Numbered from the stretch's first letter, positions 27,340 to 38,018 are shown. The stretch is 64,000 nt of DNA from Candidatus Shapirobacteria bacterium (GCA_030698565.1 JAUYJS010000008.1:161275-225274), one strand, 5' to 3'. Program-made: numbers and translations. The notes: generated by a model not told the origin, from the letters alone.

Positions 27340-28425
27340 ATGGTCATTAAATTTATTAAAGCTGTATTTTTGCAATTTTCCGGTATTGTTGGCGCGGGAA
27401 TTTTTGTTCTGCCTTATCTCTTTTATCATTCTGATTTTAAGCTTTCCTTACTTTCATTATTGGTTTTAATGATCATAATTTCCTTTTTAAATCTTTTTTA
27501 TATCGACATAATCTGTCGCACCCCAGGCGATCATCAACTTTCCGGTTATGCCAAAATCTATTTAGGTTCTTTCTTTCAAAAAATTACTTTTTTAAATTTA
27601 TTCTTACTTGGTTTCGGGGCTCTTTTTGCTTATATTCATTTGGGTGCCACCTTTTTGTCTTTATTGTTCCCCGGTCTTAGCTTGGCTTTTGCTTTAATTT
27701 TCTATATTGCCCTTTTATTATTGTTTCATTTAGGTAACCTAAGAATTGCCAAAAACTTTTCTCAAATTATTCCCTTAATCGGTATAGTTTTAGTTACTTA
27801 TCTTTTTCTAACTGCACTCAAATTACCCGTAACCAAATTAGGAATTTCCAAATTTAACTTCACACTTATCGGTACACTTATTTTTGCTCTGTCTGGTTTT
27901 ACTGTTATTCCCGAAGTTGAAGAGACTCTGCGCGGTTTACCTAGAAAAAAAATGATTTTGAAAATCGCCTCGCTTTTGGGTCTGTTTTTAGCCTCTTTGG
28001 TTTATATAATTTTTATATATGCGGTCATAAAATTAAGTGGCAGTCGCGTGTCTTCCGATTCCTTAACTGGCCTTATTTCAACTTCACCGCTTTCCGCCAA
28101 AATTTTGTCAGTTTTTGGTTTAATTATTACCCTCAAAGCTGGTCTTAATTTTCTTTTAATTTTTAAAGAAAGTTTTTATCGCGATTTTAAATTATCCTCA
28201 AAACTTTCATTTGCCTTATCATCTTTGGTTTTACTTTTACCACTGATTTTTTTCAACCTTCCCGTCGTTCAAGTTTTATCGTTAGTTGGATCAACTACTG
28301 TTTTTATAGTTGCCGTCATCATCTGTCTTATTCGCTATCAGTTTAATTTAAATATATATCAAAAAATAATCGCTTTTAGCCTTCCTCTTGTATTCTTAGC
28401 CAGTCTTTTACTATCCTTGGCCTAA
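27340..28425 (+). CDS. polytopic membrane transporter (amino-acid permease/APC-like)
   Basis: 361 aa, about 10 TM; N-terminal FSGIVGAGIFVLPYLF resembles amino-acid transporter signature. Confidence 0.45.
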   Translation: MVIKFIKAVFLQFSGIVGAGIFVLPYLFYHSDFKLSLLSLLVLMIIISFLNLFYIDIICRTPGDHQLSGYAKIYLGSFFQKITFLNLFLLGFGALFAYIHLGATFLSLLFPGLSLAFALIFYIALLLLFHLGNLRIAKNFSQIIPLIGIVLVTYLFLTALKLPVTKLGISKFNFTLIGTLIFALSGFTVIPEVEETLRGLPRKKMILKIASLLGLFLASLVYIIFIYAVIKLSGSRVSSDSLTGLISTSPLSAKILSVFGLIITLKAGLNFLLIFKESFYRDFKLSSKLSFALSSLVLLLPLIFFNLPVVQVLSLVGSTTVFIVAVIICLIRYQFNLNIYQKIIAFSLPLVFLASLLLSLA

Positions 28426-28458
28426 AAAAACTTACCACCTAAATGTTAAAATTGGGCT

Positions 28459-30255
28459 GTGGACAACCAGGTCGAAGAAATCAAGCAAAAACTGGACATA
28501 GTTACGGTAATATCAAAATATTTACCTCTTAATAAGCGCGGTCGACATCACCTAGCTTGTTGCCCATTTCATCAGGAAAAAACACCATCATTTACAGTTT
28601 CTACCGAACTTCAAATTTTTAAATGTTTCGGTTGCGACAAAGCCGGTGATATTTTTAATTTTGTTCAGGAGTATGAAAGAGTTGATTTTCGTGAAGCTTT
28701 ACAGATTTTAGCCAAGCAGGCTGGTGTAACTTTAGTTCAAAATACTCACCTAAGTCAGGAAGAAGCCCAGCATAAAACTTTAATTAGTATCAATTCCCAA
28801 TTAGCCGAATTTTATAATTACGTTTTATTAAACCATCCTCTGGGCAAAATTGCCCTTGATTATGTTCTAAACCGGGGGATAAAACCGGAAATTATCAAAA
28901 AATTTAAAATCGGGTTTGCTCCTACCAACTCGCAGCTACAAGTTAATTTTCTTTTAAAAAAGAAATATAATTTGCCAGATTTAATTGCCACTGGTACTTT
29001 TGGCCAAAGTCATTATGGCGGCAACCAGCTTTACGATCGTTTTCAGGGTCGTTTAGTTTTTCCTTTAACTGATTATCGGGATCGAATCTTGGGCTTTGCC
29101 GGTCGGGTATTGCCCGGCAGCGCCGGTTCCAATTCTGCCAAATATATTAATTCACCAGAAACTGCCATTTATCACAAAAGTCAGATGCTTTTTGGCCTAA
29201 ACTTAGCCAAAGAAGCTATTCGTAAAAGCAACTCTGTGATAGTCGTAGAAGGGGAATTTGACATGATTTCGCCTTATCAAATCGGAGTAGAAAATATTGT
29301 GGCCCTAAAAGGTACGGCATTTACCCAAGATCAACTGCAATTGCTTCATCGTTATACTGACACTATAATTTTGGGTCTTGATTCTGATTTCGCCGGCAAC
29401 AATGCCGCCAGAAAAAGCATAGAAATGGCTGATTCTTTGGATTTCGACATTCAAGTTCTAATATTAGGTGAAAAATACAAAGATCCCGATGAAGCCGTCA
29501 AAGCTGATCCAGAATTTTTTAAAGCTCAATTACAAAAAACTATTCCCGTCTGGGATTTTATTATTCAAACAGCAGTTAAAAATTTCGATATCAATACCGT
29601 CAAAGGCAAAAAGCAGGCCCTAGAGATGGTTTTGCCATTTTTAGTTAAAATCAAAAATACGGTTATTAAAACAGATTATTTTCGTAAACTGGCGTTTGAA
29701 ATTAGTTCCGATGAAATGTCTGTGGCTCAGGAAGCCGCTAGATTGGGTAGCCCTTCGTATTCGGCCGCTCATGTCAAAATTCAGCCTCAAGTCGATGAAG
29801 TTATTAATCTCGTCAAAAACCCTAAATTAGAGGAAGCCCTTATAAATTTGATTCTTGGTGCCAGAAAGCCACTTCTTTTAGCCAAAAAAATGGAGCATAT
29901 AATCAACGGCTTTGCCACAACCAAGCTTCAACCTATAATTTCTCTCTTAATCACATCAACCGATTTTGAACCTTTAACTTTTCAAGAACAACTACCGGCC
30001 GAGATCCGTCACTACTTTCAAACTCTATTTTTAAATGCAACTTCAGAACCCATGGATCCCCATAGAAGAATGCTAGAGGTCAAAAAGATAGGAATTCAAA
30101 TTGAAACGATTAACCTCAAAGAAAGGCTAAATTTATTAAGTCAACAGATAGCTTTGATGGAAAAAAACGAACAAAACGAGGAATTAAACAAGGTAGAATT
30201 GGAGTATAATCAGATTTTATTGAAACTATCCCAAATTCAAAGCAAAAAAAGCTAG
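28459..30255 (+). CDS. dnaG: DNA primase DnaG (GTG start)
   Basis: Zinc-binding CPFHQEKTPSFTVS...CFGC; Toprim VVEGEFDM and DSDFAG. Confidence 0.85.
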   Translation: MDNQVEEIKQKLDIVTVISKYLPLNKRGRHHLACCPFHQEKTPSFTVSTELQIFKCFGCDKAGDIFNFVQEYERVDFREALQILAKQAGVTLVQNTHLSQEEAQHKTLISINSQLAEFYNYVLLNHPLGKIALDYVLNRGIKPEIIKKFKIGFAPTNSQLQVNFLLKKKYNLPDLIATGTFGQSHYGGNQLYDRFQGRLVFPLTDYRDRILGFAGRVLPGSAGSNSAKYINSPETAIYHKSQMLFGLNLAKEAIRKSNSVIVVEGEFDMISPYQIGVENIVALKGTAFTQDQLQLLHRYTDTIILGLDSDFAGNNAARKSIEMADSLDFDIQVLILGEKYKDPDEAVKADPEFFKAQLQKTIPVWDFIIQTAVKNFDINTVKGKKQALEMVLPFLVKIKNTVIKTDYFRKLAFEISSDEMSVAQEAARLGSPSYSAAHVKIQPQVDEVINLVKNPKLEEALINLILGARKPLLLAKKMEHIINGFATTKLQPIISLLITSTDFEPLTFQEQLPAEIRHYFQTLFLNATSEPMDPHRRMLEVKKIGIQIETINLKERLNLLSQQIALMEKNEQNEELNKVELEYNQILLKLSQIQSKKS

Positions 30256-30288
30256 ATTTATTGTGATTTTTCGTATACAATATACTCC

Positions 30289-31374
30289 ATGGTTGTCACT
30301 CTAGACTTTTCAAAGATTAAAAAAACATTAGTAGCTCAGGCTAAAAAGCTTCACTATCTCACAAATGAAGAAATTATAGGCCAAGTTCCAGAGCCAGAAA
30401 AATACATTCCTCAGCTCGATGATCTCTTCGATTACCTGTTTGAACAAGGGATTGATGTTTTCGACAAGGTAGAATCCAAAGAAATTATAGAAATAGAAAA
30501 GGAAAAATTAAGCTCTTCCGATTTTCTAAATCTTTTAACTCAAAAAGCCAATGTTGATTCGGTTAGGATGTATCTAAAAGAAATCGGTAAAATCGACCTT
30601 TTGAATTTTGACGAAGAAGTTAGATTAGCCAAAGCTATTGAAAAAGGTTCTGCAGATGCTCGGGAAAAATTAATTAATGCCAATTTAAGATTAGTTGTTT
30701 CTATCGCCAAAAAATATATCGGTCGCGGTTTAACTTTCCTCGATTTGGTTCAGGAAGGTAACCAGGGTTTAATGCGGGCAGTCGAAAAATTTGACTGGAA
30801 GCGCGGCTTTAAATTTTCTACCTATGCCACTTGGTGGATTCGCCAAGCTATTACCCGTGCCATTGCCGATCAGGCCAAGACTATTCGTATCCCCGTCCAT
30901 ATGGTCGAAACTATCAACAAAGTTTACAAGGCCACTCGGGCTCTCACTCAGCGCTTAGGCCACGAACCAGAAATCGAGCAAATTGCCGAAGAAGTCGGCA
31001 TCACTGTTGAAAAAGTCGAAGAAATTTATAGAATTTCCCAGGATACTACCTCGCTTTCTACTCCAGTAGGCGACGATGAGGATTCATTTTTGGGAGATTT
31101 TATTGAAGACACTACTCAGCCATCTCCCTATGAAGAAACTTCCAAAGAATTACTTCGTGAATCTATTGAAGAAGTTTTGGGTTCTTTAGACGAAAGGGAA
31201 ATGAAAGTTTTAAGTCTTCGTTTTGGTCTGATGGGTGAGACTCCAAAAACTCTAGAAGAAGTCGGCAAAATTTTCAACGTCACTCGCGAGCGTATTCGCC
31301 AAATCGAAGCCAAGGCTTTGCGAAAACTCCGCCATCCTAGTCGTAGAAAAAAACTCCAAGATTATTTGGAATAA
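30289..31374 (+). CDS. rpoD: RNA polymerase sigma-70 factor (primary sigma)
   Basis: Region 2 [37 protein letters not shown]...[13 protein letters not shown]; region 4 [27 protein letters not shown]. Confidence 0.85.
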   Translation: MVVTLDFSKIKKTLVAQAKKLHYLTNEEIIGQVPEPEKYIPQLDDLFDYLFEQGIDVFDKVESKEIIEIEKEKLSSSDFLNLLTQKANVDSVRMYLKEIGKIDLLNFDEEVRLAKAIEKGSADAREKLINANLRLVVSIAKKYIGRGLTFLDLVQEGNQGLMRAVEKFDWKRGFKFSTYATWWIRQAITRAIADQAKTIRIPVHMVETINKVYKATRALTQRLGHEPEIEQIAEEVGITVEKVEEIYRISQDTTSLSTPVGDDEDSFLGDFIEDTTQPSPYEETSKELLRESIEEVLGSLDEREMKVLSLRFGLMGETPKTLEEVGKIFNVTRERIRQIEAKALRKLRHPSRRKKLQDYLE

Positions 31375-31466
31375 AATAACTTTTCTGGAATCGGCCGAAA
31401 TACAAGACAGTATTAATATTACACAATATATTTTAATATTTGGTATTTTTGTGTACAATTCTAAAT

Positions 31467-34400
31467 ATGAATTGTATATATGACACGTTTACAAATCTCT
31501 ATTCATTATCAAAAACACTTAAATTTGAACTTATACCAGAACCAGCTACTCTTAAAATACTTAAAGAAAAACAAATAATTCAAAAAGATTTTGAGCTTAA
31601 TGAAAATTATCAAAAAGTAAAGCCAATTTTTAATCAGATTCATTCAGAATTTATAGAAGAAAGTTTAGGTTCAGCCGTTAACAGCCAAATTAATTGGAAT
31701 GAATATTTTGAGATTTATAAAATAGGAAAAAATGAAAAAGATAAAGCTAAATTAGATAGTCTTAGAAAAGAGAAAACATTAATTGAAAAAAAACTTCGAA
31801 GTGAAATAACTAAATTGTTTAATGTTACCTCCGAAAAATGGAAATCAAATCCCGAATATGTAGACGATAGAGGAAAATGCTTATTTAAAAAAAATGGGCC
31901 TGAAATTCTGGCAGAAAAAGGAATTTTAAAACTTTTATATATCAAATATCAAAACAAATCAGGATTGGAATTATTAAAAAGTTTTGATTCATTTTTTACA
32001 TATTTTTCTGGATTTAATCAAAATCGAGAAAACTATTATTCCAGTGATGAAAAATCAACAGCTATTAGTTATCGTATTGTTCATGAAAATTTACCTAAGT
32101 TTTGTGAAAATTTATTAGATTATCAAAATAAAATTAATCAAAACATTACTATTGATAATCTAGATATCTTCGATATTAATTATTTTAATGAATGTCTGTC
32201 CCAGAAAGGAATAAATAAATATAACCAAGCAATCGGCGGATTTCGAGATGAATCAGATATAGCTAGCTTTAAAGTCCAAGGTATTAATGAAAAAATAAAC
32301 TTATATTTTCAAAAAACAAAGCAAAAACTTCCCAAGCTCAAATTTTTATATAAACAAATTGGTGTAATCCAAGAAAAGAAAGAGTTGTTTTTTTTAATTG
32401 ACGGTCACGACCATACTTTAAAAAACACACTAGAATTGTGTTTAAAAGAAAGTACTCTATATAACCAAAGAATAAATGATCTCGTTTGTTCAATTTTGAG
32501 GGCCGAAAACTTAGATCAAATATACCTTTCTAAAGCTGCATTAAACACTATTCAAAGAAAGTACTTCAATAATTGGCAGGTTGTCGAGGATGAATTTATA
32601 AATCAAAAATTATTTACCAAAAAGAAAAATAAAGAGGAAATCAGACTAACTATTCCAGAATTTATATCAATCGATAAATTCAAATTTGTATTTAATAATT
32701 TATCTGAAATAGACGCAAAAGATATTTTCAAAGAAAAATATCAAAACTTATTCATATTAAAAAACAAGTTTGATATTTTTGTAAAAATTATCGAACAAGA
32801 ATTCTCTTGGAATTATTTAGAATTTAATCAATCATTAGAAAATAAAAAATTATTTAGTGATAGCGAATGGAACAGGGTTACTTGGGTATTAGCTAAAACT
32901 AATCTTGAAAAAATTATCAACAATTTAAGTGAAAAACCAGATACTGAACAAAAAAATATTATTAAAACATTTTTAGATTCTTCATTAGTATTGTTACAGA
33001 TGCTTAAGTACTTTAAGATTAAAGAATCAGGGGTAGGTATCGTAAATTGGGATGGTGATTTTTATAATGAGTTAGACAATATCACACAAAGTTATCCACT
33101 GTTTAAGTGGTATGATGCAGTTCGCAATTATTTAACAAGAAAACCGTTTTCTGAAGATAAAATAAAAGTTAATTTTGAAAAAGGCAATTTACTTGGTGGT
33201 TGGCCAGATAGTCCAGAAGGTAATACTCAATATGGAGGTTTCATTTTTAGAAAAAATAACAACTATTTCTTAGGCATATCGCAAGACGCGAGACTATTTG
33301 ATCTAACAAAAAATCCAAATTCTCACAATAATGATGGCTCGTTTGAAAAAATGGATTTAAAACAATTAGACGGAAAAACGATATATGGATCAATTTATGG
33401 TGGTAAATACCAAACAAAATATGCCAAAGATAAGGATAATATTTCAAACTATGAATTGATAAAAAGAGTTAAAGATATTCTAAAAGAAAAAAGCACGTAT
33501 TTTCCACAATTAAATCAAATTATTGATGGTGATTTTGACGACCCAAAAAAACTTGCTACAGAAATTTCTTCAAAAACTTTATATTCAATAGACTTTTTTA
33601 AAGTTAGTGAAAATTATATTAACGAAGTTACTAGTCGAACCAACAAACCTCTTTATTTATTTAAAATATCCAATAAGTATCTTAAAAATTCAAACCAAAA
33701 TAATAAAAATAACTTACACACTAAGTTTTTTTTAAAACTTTTTGAAAAACAAAACAACGAATCTCTATTTAAGCTGTGTGGTGGGGGAGAAATATTCTTT
33801 AGAAAAGCATCTGTTGATCAAAAAATAGATGAATCTAGAAAAACATCGATTAAAATAGTCAAAAACAAAAGATATACAGAAGATAAGTATTTTTTTCATG
33901 TACCAATTGCGCTAAATGCAACTAAGCCGGGTTATTATAAAGATTTTAATAAAAGAATTAATGAAGATTTGATAGGCAATAAAAATAATGTTCATATTAT
34001 CGGTATTGATCGAGGAGAAAAGCATTTAGCTTACTATTCAGTCATCAACCAAAAAGGAGAAATTGTTGAACAAGGTTCGTTAAATAAAGATTTATTAGGT
34101 AAAGATTACGGTGAAAAACTTGAATTTATTGCAAAAGAAAGAGAAAAAGCCAGAGAAAATTGGGATCAAATTAATAAAATAAAAGATTTGAAAGATGGTT
34201 ATATCTCACAAGTTACAAAGAGAATCTCTGACCTGGTAATAAAACATAATGGTATTGTAGTTTTTGAAGATCTAAACTCAGGATTTAAAAGAGGTCGTCA
34301 AAAAATAGAAAAATCAGTTTATCAAAAACTAGAACTTGCTCTAATTAAAAAACTTAATTATTTAGTTGATAAAAATAAGCACGACGGAGAAACATTATCA

Positions 34401-35180
34401 GTCACCAACGCTTTACAGCTTACACCCCCAACTGATAATTTTGGAGAAATAAAAGGGAAACAATGGGGAATCATTTTTTATACAACAGCAGCCTATACAT
34501 CAGTTACTGACCCTATTACTGGTTTTAGAAAAAATATATATCTTAAAAAATCAGCAAAGAATATCATGCGAGAAAATATTTTAAAGTTAGACAATATAAT
34601 TTTTGATCAAAATAATTTATGTTTCCGTTTTGATTATTCATTAAATAAGTTTCAAAAAGATACTAGTAATAAAAAATGGAGTTGCTATACCCATGTTGAT
34701 CGAATATGTAATGAATACGATAAAAAAATAAATAAATGGGTCCCAACCTCAATTTGCCTCACAGAAAAATTAAACGATCTTTTTAAATCAGAGAATATAG
34801 ATATTAATAAAAATATTATTGAACAAATAAAAAACAAAGAAAATCTAAACAATAAATTTTATGAAGACTTAACTTTCTACATTAATTTACTATTTCAACT
34901 TAGAAATTCCAATTCTTCAAAAGAGATTGATTTTATTTACTCTCCAATAGAACCCTTTTTTGACAGCAGAAAATATCAACAAGAAGGTCAAAATCTTGAT
35001 TTTACAGAGAAAGCCAAATTACCTGTTCATGGGGACTCAAACGGTGCTTACAATATTGCTCGCAAGGGCTTAATAATGTTTAAAAGAATTAAACTAACTC
35101 CAGATAAGCCTGATCTTTTTATTGGAAATGAATATTGGGATTGTGTAGCGCAGAATTGGGAGGAATTTATAAGATCATAA
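31467..35180 (+). CDS. cas12a: Cas12a (Cpf1), type V-A CRISPR effector (1237 aa from ATG 31467)
   Basis: N-terminal FTNLYSLSKTLKFELIP; RuvC-I IIGIDRGEKHLAY; RuvC-II IVVFEDLNSGFKRGR; RuvC-III HGDSNGAYNIARKG; matching Cas12a repeats downstream. Confidence 0.9.
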   Translation: MNCIYDTFTNLYSLSKTLKFELIPEPATLKILKEKQIIQKDFELNENYQKVKPIFNQIHSEFIEESLGSAVNSQINWNEYFEIYKIGKNEKDKAKLDSLRKEKTLIEKKLRSEITKLFNVTSEKWKSNPEYVDDRGKCLFKKNGPEILAEKGILKLLYIKYQNKSGLELLKSFDSFFTYFSGFNQNRENYYSSDEKSTAISYRIVHENLPKFCENLLDYQNKINQNITIDNLDIFDINYFNECLSQKGINKYNQAIGGFRDESDIASFKVQGINEKINLYFQKTKQKLPKLKFLYKQIGVIQEKKELFFLIDGHDHTLKNTLELCLKESTLYNQRINDLVCSILRAENLDQIYLSKAALNTIQRKYFNNWQVVEDEFINQKLFTKKKNKEEIRLTIPEFISIDKFKFVFNNLSEIDAKDIFKEKYQNLFILKNKFDIFVKIIEQEFSWNYLEFNQSLENKKLFSDSEWNRVTWVLAKTNLEKIINNLSEKPDTEQKNIIKTFLDSSLVLLQMLKYFKIKESGVGIVNWDGDFYNELDNITQSYPLFKWYDAVRNYLTRKPFSEDKIKVNFEKGNLLGGWPDSPEGNTQYGGFIFRKNNNYFLGISQDARLFDLTKNPNSHNNDGSFEKMDLKQLDGKTIYGSIYGGKYQTKYAKDKDNISNYELIKRVKDILKEKSTYFPQLNQIIDGDFDDPKKLATEISSKTLYSIDFFKVSENYINEVTSRTNKPLYLFKISNKYLKNSNQNNKNNLHTKFFLKLFEKQNNESLFKLCGGGEIFFRKASVDQKIDESRKTSIKIVKNKRYTEDKYFFHVPIALNATKPGYYKDFNKRINEDLIGNKNNVHIIGIDRGEKHLAYYSVINQKGEIVEQGSLNKDLLGKDYGEKLEFIAKEREKARENWDQINKIKDLKDGYISQVTKRISDLVIKHNGIVVFEDLNSGFKRGRQKIEKSVYQKLELALIKKLNYLVDKNKHDGETLSVTNALQLTPPTDNFGEIKGKQWGIIFYTTAAYTSVTDPITGFRKNIYLKKSAKNIMRENILKLDNIIFDQNNLCFRFDYSLNKFQKDTSNKKWSCYTHVDRICNEYDKKINKWVPTSICLTEKLNDLFKSENIDINKNIIEQIKNKENLNNKFYEDLTFYINLLFQLRNSNSSKEIDFIYSPIEPFFDSRKYQQEGQNLDFTEKAKLPVHGDSNGAYNIARKGLIMFKRIKLTPDKPDLFIGNEYWDCVAQNWEEFIRS

Positions 35181-35734
35181 TGGATGGATTAATTCAAATT
35201 TCTAAAATAAATGATTTTTTATTTTGTCCTATGTCGTTATACAACCATAGTATTTATGAGAGCTTTGATCAAAAAATGTTTCATAGTAAATACCAAACCA
35301 TTGGCAAAATCAAACACGAAAGCATTGATAATGGCAAATACTCTTCGTTAAAAAGATTTTTGCAAGGGAATACTGTCTATTCACAAAAGTACAATATTAT
35401 CGGAAAAATAGATATTTATGATACTAAAACAAAATCACTTATTGAAAGAAAATTTAAAATTAACCATATATATAAAGGATATGTCTATCAGCTAATTGCT
35501 CAATATTTTTGTCTGGTTGAAAAAAACATATCTGTCGAGCACTTATTCTTACACTCACTTAAAGACAATAAAAGATATGAGGTGAATCTTCCTGACCAAA
35601 TAGTTGAAGCTGATTTTAGTTTATTTTTAAGAAAGATTAGAAATTTCAATCCAAATCAAATAACTTTCGTTGCTGAGAAGAAAAAATGTTTACAATGTAT
35701 TTATTCAACTTTGTGTAATTACAATCCATGCTAA
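35180..35734 (+). CDS. cas4: Cas4 (RecB-like nuclease with 4-Cys Fe-S cluster)
   Basis: ATG overlaps cas12a TAA (TAATG); N-terminal Cys (FLFCPM) plus C-terminal CLQCIYSTLC; IDIYD...LIERKFK nuclease motifs. Confidence 0.8.
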   Translation: MDGLIQISKINDFLFCPMSLYNHSIYESFDQKMFHSKYQTIGKIKHESIDNGKYSSLKRFLQGNTVYSQKYNIIGKIDIYDTKTKSLIERKFKINHIYKGYVYQLIAQYFCLVEKNISVEHLFLHSLKDNKRYEVNLPDQIVEADFSLFLRKIRNFNPNQITFVAEKKKCLQCIYSTLCNYNPC

Positions 35735-36687
35735 CTTTCCCAGATTTTTCACAAAAGAGAATAGTTATTGTTGGTAATAATGGCAATGTCACCAGCAATC
35801 TAAAATTCTATAATAGCAATATCCGATTATATTACGGGGAAAAATTTATTGATCAAGTTTCCTGTTACTCAGTTATATGTTTATTTATTGTCGGAGACAC
35901 CACCTTAACCACAAAATTAATTAAAAAAGCTAAAGAGTATGGAATTTCAATTTTTTTACTTAGCAATAATTTAAAAAACTATGCAGAAATATTTTCCAGT
36001 GCCGAGGGAAATTATAAACTGAGACAGAAACAATACCAGACATCTGAGCAAAGTGAGTTGGTGCTATCAAGACTTATTGTAAAAAACAAAATTAAAAACC
36101 AACTCCTCCTCTTGCAGGAAAAAAATATCAATGAATTTAATAAAAAATTTAATTCTATTCTTGAAAATATAGACAGTGTAGATGACAGACAACTACTACT
36201 TGGAATAGAAGGAAATACTTCAAGTCTTTATTTTGGCGCAATTTATAAAGACCATGATTGGCATAGGCGAGCACCACAAGCAAAAGAAGATCCGTTAAAC
36301 CTATTGCTTGATGTTGGTTATACTCTTATTTTTAACTATATTGACTCAGTACTTCATCTTTTTGGTTTTGATACCTACAAAGGTTTTTATCATAAACTAT
36401 TTTTTGAACGCAGATCACTAAGCTGCGACATGATGGAACCTCTTAGACCAATAATTGATCGGCAAATATTAAAGATGTTTAACTTAAAACAAATTAATGA
36501 AAAAGATTTTTATTTGAAGGATTGCTCATATTCATTTAAAGATTTTGAATCAGCCAATAAATATTCTAATCATATCTTAGAAGCAGTCTTAAAACAAAAG
36601 GAACCAATCTATGATTTCGTTTACTCATTTTATCGCCATATTCAGGAACCAGAAAAACATAATTTTATTGAATTTAGCCCGCTATGA
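35728..36687 (+). CDS. cas1: Cas1 integrase
   Basis: 319 aa, position and size; overlaps cas4 stop and cas2 start. Confidence 0.8.
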   Translation: MLTFPDFSQKRIVIVGNNGNVTSNLKFYNSNIRLYYGEKFIDQVSCYSVICLFIVGDTTLTTKLIKKAKEYGISIFLLSNNLKNYAEIFSSAEGNYKLRQKQYQTSEQSELVLSRLIVKNKIKNQLLLLQEKNINEFNKKFNSILENIDSVDDRQLLLGIEGNTSSLYFGAIYKDHDWHRRAPQAKEDPLNLLLDVGYTLIFNYIDSVLHLFGFDTYKGFYHKLFFERRSLSCDMMEPLRPIIDRQILKMFNLKQINEKDFYLKDCSYSFKDFESANKYSNHILEAVLKQKEPIYDFVYSFYRHIQEPEKHNFIEFSPL

Positions 36688-36965
36688 TAATCGTTGCATA
36701 TGATTTTGTATCAAACAAAAAACGTGCTAAGTTTTCTAAGTTTTTAAAGCAATACGGTGAAAAAATTCAATATTCAGTTTACAAAATAAAAAATAGTGAT
36801 CGTGTTTTAAACAATATAATTAGCGAAATTGAACATAAATATGAAAGAACCTTTGACAATACTGATAGTATCTTCCTATTTCGGGTCTGCCAACGATGCC
36901 AGAAATCATTGAAACTTTATGGCAACGCAAAACATCATCGAGAAAATGTGGTAAACTTGGGTTAG
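36684..36965 (+). CDS. cas2: Cas2
   Basis: 93 aa; MIIVAYDFVSNKKRAKFSKFLKQYGEKIQYSVY typical Cas2 N-terminus. Confidence 0.8.
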   Translation: MIIVAYDFVSNKKRAKFSKFLKQYGEKIQYSVYKIKNSDRVLNNIISEIEHKYERTFDNTDSIFLFRVCQRCQKSLKLYGNAKHHRENVVNLG

Positions 36966-37159
36966 AACTTTAAAAATACGACAAAATAGAAGTTATTGTG
37001 CGTAATTAAAACCTAAGTCTTTATTTTTCTTTAAAAATAGAGCAAATTATAAAATTAGACCATATATAAGGGTAATTTTATATCTATCATTATATGGATA
37101 AAGTCCTAAAAATAAAATTTTTAGTTGCATCTTTTTCCCATAAGATAGGTAAACCAGCT

Positions 37160-37570
37160 CCTAATTACGAATATTAAATTTCTACTTTTGTAGATATTTA
37201 AGCCATCTTCTATAACCTTTTCCTAATTACGAATATTAAATTTCTACTTTTGTAGATGGTAACTCTAGTGCTTATAGTGTTGTAGCCTAATTACGAATAT
37301 TAAATTTCTACTTTTGTAGATATTGTGTAACCAGTCAAATAAGACTTTCCTAATTACGAATATTAAATTTCTACTTTTGTAGATTCTAGGTGTTTAGTGG
37401 TTTGGGTTGCCTAATTACGAATATTAAATTTCTACTTTTGTAGATTACTCGTGGTGCATACCCTGAATTAGACCTAATTACGAATATTAAATTTCTACTT
37501 TTGTAGATACTAATGTAATAAAAAGTATTACCATCCTAATTACGAATATTAAATTTCTACTTTTGTAGAT
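37160..37570 (+). CRISPR. CRISPR array, 7 repeats of 36 bp (CCTAATTACGAATATTAAATTTCTACTTTTGTAGAT), 6 spacers of 25-28 bp
   Basis: Repeats at 37160, 37222, 37286, 37349, 37410, 37473, 37535, all identical; 3' end AATTTCTACTTTTGTAGAT is the canonical Cas12a crRNA handle; AT-rich leader 36966..37159. Confidence 0.95.
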
Positions 37571-37596
37571 TAATATTCATTTTTTTCTATTTAATA

Positions 37597-37716
37597 GAAG
37601 AAGTCGGCAAAATTTTCAATGTTACTCGCGAGCGTATTCGTCAAATCGAAGCCAAAGCTTTAAGAAAATTAAGACATCCCTCGAGAAGAAAAAAACTCCA
37701 AGATTATTTGGAATAA
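37597..37716 (+). pseudogene. relic duplicate of the last 39 codons plus stop of rpoD (direct repeat of 31255..31374)
   Basis: 120 bp with about 12 substitutions versus 31255..31374, all synonymous; in-frame translation [39 protein letters not shown] is identical to the RpoD C-terminus. Confidence 0.85.
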
Positions 37717-37896
37717 ATACTTCAGCCTTAATAATTTCAATGCTATAATCAAGCTTATCAATCCATCCTTTAATAGAGCCTGGTTTAACTCGCACATTTA
37801 AATATATTTTTCTTTTAGATTAATATTCCCAACGTAATTTCGACTTTGTCGAAAAACGTTGTTGGAACGTTAATTTTTCGAAGAAAAATTTTACGT

Positions 37897-38018
37897 TCCC
37901 CTGTAGCCTTTATCATTCCGTAGCCTTGGCGAAGGATGATCAATGGTAGAGGAAAATATTCCCCTGTAGCTCAATGGTAGACCTGCCTGCCGGCAGGCAG
38001 GGCGCCCGCCTGTTAAGC
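37897..38018 (+). repeat. two tandem partial copies of the tRNA-Asn 5' portion, each with an internal insertion
   Basis: Copy i 37897..37950 = TCCCCTGTAGC + 32-bp insert + TCAATGGTAGA; copy ii 37960..38018 = tRNA nt 1-22 + 20-bp perfect palindrome CCTGCCTGCCGGCAGGCAGG + tRNA nt 23-39. Confidence 0.7.

Noticed and set aside
31440-31466. ORF-track start of cas12a at 31440 (TTG, MVFLCTILN...)
   Set aside because: The conserved Cas12a N-terminus (FTNLYSLSKTLKFELIP) begins right after the in-frame ATG at 31467. The upstream 9 codons fall in the AT-rich promoter region.
37160-37570. Self-targeting spacers against this window
   Set aside because: A reliable match of six 25-28-bp spacers against 64 kb could not be made by eye; left as an explicit BLAST check rather than a claim.
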